A stretch of 61,578 nt of DNA, the filler included, from Kipferlia bialata (Eukaryota): NCBI GenBank assembly GCA_003568945.1. It is 2 parts of 2 records of this genome, joined end to end, with 100 filler letters (N's around TTAATTAATTAA, not from the genome) between each part and the next. Parts side by side here need not be neighbours in the genome. Positions count along the whole stretch, not along the records: positions 30,860 to 61,578 come from BDIP01000120.1; 1 more part is not named here. One strand, written 5' to 3'. The position numbers were made by a program, and so were the translations under genes. Below, in pieces: positions 51,901 through 61,578 of the stretch (position 1 is its first letter; each line of letters opens with the position of its first letter). The notes beneath the pieces are model-generated. The model was not told where the DNA came from, ran no database searches, and saw only the letters and a program-made list of their open reading frames with translations.

Positions 51901-52608
51901 GCCTCAGGGTCAATGGGATGGATGTGAGGGTCACAGTCAGTGGGGGCCTGGAGGTCAGGGGGGACGCAGAGAAGGGGATGGGTTATCAGGATAGATACAT
52001 ATATGTCAGACACGCGAATATATGTCTGGGCCCCCACACCGGGTGTACACGAGTAGCATACACAACAAGGAGGGAGGAAGGTTAGTGCTAAACGACAGAA
52101 CAGCACCCATTATTGAGGGTGGTCCCAGACACAGCGATGGAATAGGAACCATACTTGTCACAATATGGGTATATATGACCGCCGTGATGAATATAATAAT
52201 GTTATGTATAAATATCGGCATAATGCAGGTGTATAGGAGACAGATGATCCAACTACAATCTAACCTCATCGGTGTGGGTCATATAGGCGGCCAAGGGGGA
52301 CACACACACAGACATAGCATCGCCATCACCGCACAGAAGACACAGGGCGACAGGGTGGAGAACCGACTCCAGGTCCTGCGAATGAGGAAATGAGGAAATG
52401 AGGGAACATATAGAGAGAGAGGGACAGAGAGTGGGAGAGGGATCGTGTAGAGAGCTACACGTCTGTATCATAGGACCTGCCAATACCCATTCATGGGTCG
52501 GTATATAAAAATAGTGTAACCCCTGCACGTGTGTGTCTGCTTCACAATTCACACTGGGAACTGATATCCACACAAATGGAATACACTGTAACTGGTACGT
52601 CTGTTCAT
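35980..52608 (-). CDS. Large multi-exon hypothetical protein with a central coiled-coil region (could be two genes; interrupted by gaps)
   Basis: Continuous series of minus-strand GT-AG exons. Candidate start MNRLPSVNCEADTHVQGSYDTDDLESVLHP (ATG 52608). Coiled-coil exons include EIGELQGSMATLKSKFKALERE, EMHLKEELAEAEDCMDKERKILRL and ALERDRDALERERATMERERKAE. The last exon ends ESLNALLK-TGA at 35980. No family recognised. Confidence 0.6.
41065..42045. other. Scaffold gap inside a gene
   Basis: Run of N. Confidence 0.99.
44828..45763. other. Scaffold gap inside a gene
   Basis: Run of N. Confidence 0.99.
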
Positions 52609-52851
52609 ATGCAAGTCAAGAAGTACTTGACTTCTGCTGGCCCACACAATAGCACCAACCTTTATCCCCTCTGATTCGCTGCTCATTGCGTTCGGTTGCC
52701 CGAGTGGAACTCACAAGATGAATGTGAAGAAGGACTGATCACTAAACATGTCAAGACACAAGAAACTATTTGGAAAAGGGTCCCACCCCATGCCTGGTAC
52801 TAACTGTAGTACTCTTCACAGGAGAGTCCGGTCTCGAGTCTCTCGGCAACA

Positions 52852-55708
52852 ATGTCTGATGCGCTAATCCAGCAGTTCATAGGTAGTGGGGGAGGCCTTG
52901 GGCTATATGTTTCGGTGTATGAGTATCCAGATACAATTCAATACCATACTCTTCACTGTTGACCTCCATACCCCATTGTGTGTGATCTCACCCCAGGGGT
53001 CACGGGTGCTGATACCCACTCAGCCCGCACCTACCTGGAAATGGCCAACAACGACCTGCCAAACGCCATCAACCTCTTCTTTGACAGTGGTGAGTGTGAG
53101 AATGTATATATTACACTATCCATTATTCAGAAGCCACCTCTCATTTCTTCACTCATTCCCGATACATGCTACCCCTTACGTCTCAGGCCCTGTTCCCTCC
53201 CCCAACCCCCCCATGGTCACCCCTAGCCAGGCGCCGGTGCAGCCAGCAGGGCAGGTGGGTATACAGTTGTGTATTGTGTGACCATGAATCATGGGCTACT
53301 ATGGTGTTCATTGTACTACTGAGTGACCCTGCACCGTCTCACCCCAGCCCTCCCGTGCCGTGCCCCAGAGGGGTTCAGGAGGATGGCCACAGGGAGGTAG
53401 GGTGTTGCATATACCAGGATAGGCCTGCATAACAGAGTGCATCAGTGTTCCTCTCATGTCTCTTTGTGTCCAATCACCCACTGATGTCTAGCTGACCAGC
53501 CCCGTCCCAAGAGGCGCTCTAGGACTGGGGGTATCTTTGATAGTCAGGAAGAGGGAGAGGAGGGAGAGGTAATGGTGCTCTGAACATATATGTCCGAGTT
53601 CGGACAATGTGATAGTGGATAGCGCTTATATGGTTGCCTCTGTGTCCCACTGTTCTGACGCAGGGCAACACATACGACGCAGGTGGATATGCCTCTCGTG
53701 TTCAGGTACAGGCCCCACCCAAGGACGAGGGTATGGCTAGAGCACTGTATTAGGACACTGTCTTTCTGCGTCATACCCACCCCAGGTGCCCTCGGCATCC
53801 CAGGGGCCAGAGAGGCCACAGCTGAGGACAGCGACTCAGACGAGGAGGGACCAGGTATATGCATCATATATATATGCATCATGTAGGGGACAGTGACACT
53901 GTGTCTCTCACCCCTAGGAGCAGGCCATGCCGTGGCACGGACAGCGAGGAGAGAGGCAGACTGGAGTGGAGCTGCAAGGTACAGCATCCGAGTGCAAGCG
54001 CTGTCTAGTAAGCTGTGGTGTTGTTTCCCCCATATACCCACCCCACAGGTCTGTGTCTGGCCGGGCCCCTGCTGCTGGGAGGCCTAGGGAGAGAGAGAGA
54101 GCAGCCGGCGCCCCCAAGGCTGTCAAGGCCAAGAGGCTCACGGTCAGGATCACTATGTACTCTAACGGCCTGCTGTGTAAGGTGAGGAGGGATACCGAGT
54201 GTGGATGTCTATGTCAACCGAGTCTCTGTGACATGCACTATATGTGGATATGTATATGTATATGTATATATATATATCCCTCTGCCCTCCCACCCAGGTT
54301 GGGTCTGAGGAGAGGTTCTTCGCAGGGGAGGAGGGCCAGGCCATATACGCAGACCTCAAGCAGAATACATTCCCAGACGCCATCAGGTCAGTCCCTGCTC
54401 TCTGTGTTGTGAATGAGGACATACCAGTGACTGCATAGTTCTTGTGTAACTCGTGACTGCTTGACCCAACCCTCACCCTCAGAGAGCTAGTGAGTGCCGA
54501 GCAGACGGCTGCCCACTCAGACAAGCCCGTCAAGTTCAAGATAGCCCAGACACAGGTGGGATCTGATGTGAGATGAGTGGAATGGGGCCTGGTCTTGTCT
54601 GTATCTGCACCCTTTGTATATTGCGGGACAAGCCAAGACGGCTGATTGGACATGCTGCTAGGGTCTTGGCTATTGTGTCATACACATATATATATGTGTA
54701 TCACTGCCCCACCCCAGGAGGAGTATGTTGTGCCCACCACTATAGAGCCCAAGGCGAGGCCTGAGATCCAGGTGGGTCAAGTGGCGTTGGACAGATACTG
54801 GTACTGGAGTTGTGTCGGACAGCGGTGGATGAGTACAGTCGTGGCTATTGTCGCAGCTGTCTAGCTATGGGGTCTGAGAGCTGCCTACCCCTAAGTGCAT
54901 TTATATATATATATATGTGTGTGTATCCCTAACATGCAGGGCAGTGGCCGTTCCCTTGGGGTGCCCCAGCCCACCCATGACGCAGACGCATCATTCCTCA
55001 CCCCCGTCCAGGTGGCGTTGGTACCTCTTTGTATTCCAGTGCTATATATACTCTCATAGCAGTGACGCACGTTGGTATTTCTGTAAGCATATGCATGGGT
55101 GTATCCTTGCCTTCTACTCTTGTCATCTAGCTAACCCAGGCCCCCTCTTCTGACTTCTCCCCCTGCTCTGTCAACCAGTCTCTGCCCACAGGAAGGGTCA
55201 TGGTGGTGTGCAACGGCAAGAGGTAGGGTGGGGTCTGGTAGAGTGTGATGGGACCATCGCTCTTGGGCGTATACACCATCGTGGGTATTGTATATGGTTG
55301 TACCCTATACCCTTCTGCGTCCTCACCGCAGTCACAAGATCCCTGTCAACCCCACTGTCCACACTGTAGGAGACCTGCTGGCCTCTCTCACCCACCTGGG
55401 GGTCAGGCCATCCGCCAACCCCCGCTTCGTCAAGGCCCTCTCCCAGGTTGGGGTGTGTTCCAAGTTAACATGAATATCGTAGTACCATGTATATATGTAT
55501 GTGGTAAGGTGGTAGCCCATAGTTTCTGCCACATTCGGCCCTAGAAGTCATCTGTATATATCATACGTATACCACATCAACTGTATACCCACGTCTCCCT
55601 GACCTCTGACCTCTGACCTCTGACCCCAAGGGAGAGGTGGCCTCCGACCAGTTCCACCTCACAATCGAGGCAGCGGGGATCAACAACTCCCGCATCCAGC
55701 TAGTCTGA
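52852..55708 (+). CDS. p47/Shp1/NSFL1C-type Cdc48(p97) cofactor: UBA-like, SEP, SHP box and UBX domains
   Basis: Exons give MSDALIQQFI/GVTGADTHSARTYLEMANNDLPNAINLFFDS (UBA-like) and KRLTVRITMYSNGLLCK..EEGQAIYADLKQNTFPDAIREL (SEP). These are followed by QGSGRSLG (SHP box) and GRVMVVCNGK/SHKIPVNPTVHTVGDLLASL..HLTIEAAGINNSRIQLV* (UBX). Confidence 0.85.
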
Positions 55709-55871
55709 AGTATAGTAGAAGAACAGTAGCAGTACATATGACGCCCAGGGATATACCTGTTTCTATTAAGTGTTGGTCATAAATTGCTTCACATGCTTCA
55801 GTGATTTGGATGTCTTGACTGAATCACTCCCATCACACACCAAGCCTAGGGCTGTGTGTTCGTGGCTTACA

Positions 55872-57545
55872 ATGTCTGTTGAACCCACGTCTTTGATGCG
55901 ATAGAATATATGAATATATACAATTATAGTATACGGTCAATCTTCTCCCAGTGGGTCAGAGCACAAGGTGATTCACTGCACATTTATCATCCTTCTCTCT
56001 TGGGACTAACTAAAAACTATTCCACACACCGACACGCCTTGCAGACAGGCGTGTCCACCCCACAAATGGGACATCTTGTACCTCCTCTTTCCCAATCATC
56101 CCAACGGCTGACGGGACCCCCCATCCATTCTCTATACGCATCAGTATACACATGCCTCAGATGCCATGCACCAGCCTAGCACGGGCACCCAGAGCTCTCG
56201 GTCTCACTCCTGAGGGACACGGTCTCGGGCACAAAGAGCTCAGCAAGGCTCTCCCTGTCCAGAGCGTTTCTGACGTAAGGAGACAGGGAAAGGGGGGGGG
56301 GGGGGGGGGTTTTTTATAAAAATTTTTCAACCCCCCCCGCCCCCCCCCCCGCAAACTACCAATTCCTCTCACTCTCCAGGTGTCCCTTGACCCCATGCAC
56401 GTCACGGTCAGGTGGGTGTCTATATGTAAATGTATCTGTATCTATCTATCTATCTATATATATATATACATATATTACTTAAAAAGTACACTCTCTGTCA
56501 TACCCCCCCCCCCCTGATCCCTTACGGACACCGCTTGGGGTTGCAATCACTATATGCGATATATATATACCCTGTGTATGGGACTTGGTATACACCCTGT
56601 CTTTATAGTGTGTATACATATGTGTATCCAGCCATCCTGACCCCCAGGGACACAGCCAGAGATGACACCCACAGGGCCATGTTTGAACCCACAGTGCGGT
56701 ATGGGTAGTACTACATATCACACGTACATATATGTATACATATATCACATACATGACAATGATCTATTTATGTTTTACACCATGGCCCTGTCTGACGTGT
56801 CAGTGCGGTATGGGTAGTACATATTAATGTGTCACACATATCATATAAGTATATCCACGACCAGTGATATCAACCGATAGTCTGACGTATCAGTATGAGT
56901 GACGGTATACTGTACTTCTGTCACCTGGGGGGTCAGGCAGAGGAAGAGGCAGAGGGGGAGAGAGAGAGAGAGACCGAGACTGACACTGCAGAGTCTGGGT
57001 CTGGGTCTGGGTCTGGTGTGTATGTGTCCCCTGAGCCTGAGAGTGAGTACAAGGAGGGAGAGAGTGTGAGTGTGGGTATGAGTGTGGACACTGGTATGCC
57101 CACTCCTGCACCCCTATACGCAGCAGAGACAGACACAGACGCATTGGCATCATACGTACCTGCATCTGAGGGAGAGGGAGAGGGAGTGGGAGAGGGAGAG
57201 GCAGTGGTTGCCCCTACACCCCTTGGCCCTCTGTCTGACTCTCTGTCTGATGTATGCAATGACATCAGGGACCTCAGGCAGTGCAACCCAGGTGGGATAG
57301 GCATGGTATATATGTGATATATATATGTGACATATGTTCATATATATACATATGTATGAATATCTTGAGGCAGTGCAACGTAGGATTGTATATTCTTTGG
57401 GGTACTATGGATACCTGGTTACCGATCAATCTCCCCCCCCCTCCCTCTCCCCCCAGGTGGTGTCAAGCCCGTGGTGCTGGTGTGTGTGGGGCCTACATAC
57501 ACGTGGACTGAGGCAGAGAGAGAGAGGCTGCCACCTGAGGTATAT

Positions 57546-57585
<40 letters not shown>

Positions 57586-59135
57586 ATGCTGTATGTGGTG
57601 TGGTATGGTTATGGTTGTCTGTATGTTTTGGTAACGTGTAGCATAGTCTCCTGCGTTGTCCAACAGATATATGTATCACAACACCTTTAGAGTAGCTATC
57701 CTTTGACAATCCTGATCTCCCATAGGTGTGAATACATATAGGTGGGCCCATACATATATATATACGTATCCATCTGCCCCTTACGCCTCAGGTTGTGCAG
57801 ATACTGACATTTGATGTGTCAGGGACGGAGGCAGAGAGAGAGGGAGAGGGAGAGGGAGAGAGGGTCACTGCCCCTAGGCTGTCTAGAGACACTCTCCTCC
57901 AGGCATCGCTGGCATGTAATGCCTGCAACGTGAGGTGTGTATATACCACATCAGTCTATGTGTGGATCATTCTACCTTTCTATGTGCTCCTCCACCACCC
58001 AGACTCTTTGACCGCTCTCTCTCTATCTGTGTATATACTGTATACTATGTAAAGTTCTTACAGAGTGTCTGCTTTTTATTACCTCGTCTGTCCTCACCGT
58101 TAGGCTCTTTGACCACTCTGTTCCCTCTGTATCAGCTGTGCTTAGACACACCCTGTCCCACATCGGAGAGGCAGTCGGGTATGAGGTTAGTGTATAGAGT
58201 ATACGAATGGATACCATATCTATATATCTATACACATCTATACATTATACATATATATACCCTATCCCACATCGGAGAGGCAGTGGGGTATGAGGTATGG
58301 TGCATATGTGTATACATGTGGTATATGGGACCAACGTCATATGCCAGTCTCCGTTCTGTGTTCATGGCTACCCTGTGTCCCTTCTCATGTACCAGGGTAT
58401 ATATAAGTATATATATATGTATATGTGGGGTGTCCTCACACCAGGGTATATGGGGTATCCTCACATCTGGAGAGGGTCAGATAGAGACTGAGGGAGAGGG
58501 AGAGGGAGAGGGAGGGGGAGAGACCCCCAGCCCTGCCCCGTCCCTCGATGCCATATGCGACACACTTGTGGCATATAGGTATGGGATATGTGTACCCTCT
58601 TGCATCTATCATTGCACCGCCCTCATCCCTAGGACCACCGACAATAGGGGTCTGGTGCTACAGTGCCTGGCTAGGTGGGGTCTATCATGTGTGTCATATG
58701 TCGCGGTTCAGTGGAAAGGGCCCTCGTTGCTATGTACATAGCAACGAGGGCACTTTCCTTACTGTTGCTATCATATACGTTATACTTATTGGTCAACAAC
58801 GTCTTCTATCATTTATCCACCACAAATGTTATGATACCTTTTTTTCACTACACCCACCTCCACTATTCCTGCTATCGCTACATGTATCATGTGCCCTGCC
58901 CAACCCCAGCCACTCCTACACCCCCGATGTTGTGTACATACCCAGGAGGGGCATAGCCCATATGGATAGACTGATGCACTCAGTGGGCATAGACCCAAGG
59001 TGGGGTGTGTGTGTGTGTGTGTGGATAGTGTAGTATGATATCTCCCAAGTCCTTCCTCTATACATTGAAATGTATCAGTACCCCCTTCTGACCCCAGGTC
59101 CTGTCTGTCTGAGGCCCATATATATGAATATGTCA

Positions 59136-59166
<31 letters not shown>

Positions 59167-60248
59167 ATTTATACACATATACATGCATCCATGTCCCCTT
59201 CTGACCCCAGGTCCTGTCTGTCTGAGGCCCAGGTGCATCAGAACAGGGTGGAGGCATTGTACAACAGACGCTTCCATGCTGCATCACCCAATGTGGTGTA
59301 TGAGTGCAGGGACGGCCTGTTTGAGCTGTTACCAGTGTCATGTGCCAGTACATGCATGCCAGGTGTTGAGTTTATGTGTATAGAGTATATATATATATAT
59401 ATATATATACCTGTGTATGTGTAGTTGTATTTGTAGCATATGTATATGTACACTGATACTACTTACATGTCTTATGCCAGTACCTGCATGCCAGGTGTGT
59501 GTATATATATGTGTAGAGTATATATATTATACATACGTATGTATATAATGTATACCATATGCACTGGTACAGTACTACTGTCTACACGGTTTCGAGGTCT
59601 CGTAACCTCCCCCTCTGCTCTCTTTCCACCTACATCCCTCTCCCCCTCACCACAGGTTCCCGGTTCCCTCCCTTCCTCCTGACCAACGCGCCCACACAGC
59701 TGTCATCAGGTATGGAGAGAGTGCGAGTATGTATATATAGTGTAGCAGTATCACAACCAGCTGTCACCAGGGTATGTATATATACATGTATATATGTGTG
59801 TAATGGGGTGGAAGTGCAGGTGTAGTGTCATATATCTCTGTCTCTGTCTGTGTCTACTACCAAGGTGAGAATCTCGGGCGGATATACTAATACGTCTTCA
59901 TAGACATGACTACTATACTGAATTATAGTATGATGCACATGTATATGTCTCTGTCCCATTCCCCAGGTGAGGACCCTGGGCAGTATCAGTATCAGTATCA
60001 GTATCAGTATCAGTATCAGTATAGTATATATATAGTAGATATATGTATCATGATACTGATCACCCAGGTGAGGACCATGGGCAGATACCGGTGGGGGAGA
60101 GGGCAATGCGGCAGGTACACTACGAGTCATATTCACTGTATGTATATGTGTATATATATACCAATATGAATAGTATTATATACTGGAATGGTACTCAGGG
60201 AGAGGGCAACGCGGCAGGTACACAGCCATGTTGATGGTCAATATACTA

Positions 60249-60287
<39 letters not shown>

Positions 60288-61470
60288 CTGCTATGAGTCA
60301 TTCTATTTGTTCACTCACCCCAGGCCCTGTGGAGCAGTGCCCTCGCTGTGTACCCTGGTGCCTGTGTGACATGGCTAGACGAGTACACAATGGGCAGGGG
60401 GGAAGGTAAGTATATATATATACATTATAGGTATCCATTGCTGGATGGTTACATCATGGGCAGGGGGGAAGATGGGGATGTGTATAGGGTGTATATAGGA
60501 TGGATGTATATTATGTATACTTGACACACATACCCCACACTGTACCCAGCCTCTATTCCACCCCCACCCCCTCACCCTCACCCCCCCCAGGCATGCCCCT
60601 GACCCTTGTGCACATATAGAGTATATGTATAATTTGTATATGTATATATATATATGAGTATACTAGTGTTATATATATATATATATATATCTCACCCCCC
60701 AGGCATGCCCCCCCTACTGTGCATGCCCAGACACCAGCCTAGCAGGAGGGGCAGGGTGTTGGATAGGGGGGATGGTGCACCCCTAGCCATGCCCCATGTG
60801 CATAGGGACAGAAGGGTCATAGTGGTCTACATGGTGGTGGACCCGAGGGTCAGGTACAGTAGTGTGTGTGTATACATATTTATATCTGACGTGTCCTCCC
60901 CCCTCCCTCCCCCCCCCTCCCCCCCACCCCCAGACGCAAGTGCTGCTCCGATGTGAGTGATCCCCACGGGTCTGTGATCCATGTGTACAGGGGGGAGGAG
61001 GTGAGGAGGCTGTCTCTGAGGGAGAGGCGCAGCAGTCAGAGCAAGACACACAGGGAGAGGGAGAGGGAGAGAGAGAGGGAGAGGGAGGATGCCGCAGTCC
61101 CCTCTGACAATGACTACACACTAGTGTTTGTGGACGTGCTTGATATGAGGTCCAATGTCAGAAACACACAGGGGGACTTTGCACTCGTAGGTATGGTGTG
61201 TGACTTGTATATGTATATGTATTACAGGGGGACTTTGCACTAGTAGGTAGGTATATAGTGTACTATTAGGAATGTGACACTGCCACTGATACCCAGGTGC
61301 CGAGGCCGTGTCTGAGTTACTGATTGTTTATATATGTATGTCCATATATATACATATATCAAGTTGTGCACTGTATACATGGTACTAATACCCAGGTGCC
61401 GAGGCCGTGTCTGAGTTACACAGACAGAACATGCTACACTGTGACATGGTGGTGGCAGCTGGGTCTAAGA
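55872..61470 (+). CDS. Multi-exon hypothetical protein, 3'-partial (continues past the right edge)
   Basis: Plus-strand exon chain, e.g. GVKPVVLVCVGPTYTWTEAERERLPPE, VVQILTFDVSGTE, VHQNRVEALYNRRFHAASPNVVYECRDGLFELLPV and YTLVFVDVLDMRSNVRNTQGDFALV. The start codon is tentative and no family was recognised. Confidence 0.6.
59981..60021. repeat. (CAGTAT)n hexamer microsatellite
   Basis: Six to seven tandem units. The same unit occurs at 13328-13350 and ~36453-36465. Confidence 0.9.
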
Positions 61471-61578
61471 GGTATGGTATATATATATATACACAAATAT
61501 AATTGTTGAGGTATATGTGTTTGTCAAAAAGGGAGTCTGAAGGATATCTCTCTCTCACCTCCCCTTCCCCCCCCCCCC

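Noticed and set aside
56290..56355. Poly-G / AT / poly-C apparent hairpin (similar G runs at 30888 and 50480)
   Set aside because: It resembles low-quality base calls following homopolymer runs inside an intron, with no independent support.
11194..60420. Numerous Y/I/C/V-rich 60-130-aa ORFs
   Set aside because: They are translations of (AT)n/(GT)n intronic microsatellites.

Overview
Eukaryotic, very intron-dense genomic DNA with small GT-AG exons, introns full of (AT)n/(AG)n/(AC)n microsatellites, and a branch-point motif fused to the acceptor (YTNAY-N2-4-CAG). This style suggests a metamonad/fornicate such as Kipferlia, which is my inference and is unverified. The window is two unrelated contigs joined by an artificial N44-TTAATTAATTAA-N44 spacer at 30760-30859. 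Left contig: the first exon of a gene running off the left edge, a multi-exon hypothetical gene with an E/P/A-rich C-terminus (-), a nearly intronless STAND/AAA-like P-loop NTPase gene (+), about 2 kb of decayed coding-like DNA, and the 3' part of midasin/MDN1 (-). Right contig: the 3' part of a class I cyclic-nucleotide phosphodiesterase (+), a ~16.6 kb hypothetical coiled-coil gene (-), a p47/Shp1-type UBA-SEP-UBX gene (+) and a hypothetical gene running off the right edge (+). The most unusual signal is dozens of 'exon echoes'. These are partial copies of an exon end plus its splice site lying in the adjacent intron. They are polarised, and they differ from the real exon mainly at synonymous positions. 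Exon boundaries were read by hand and many are approximate.
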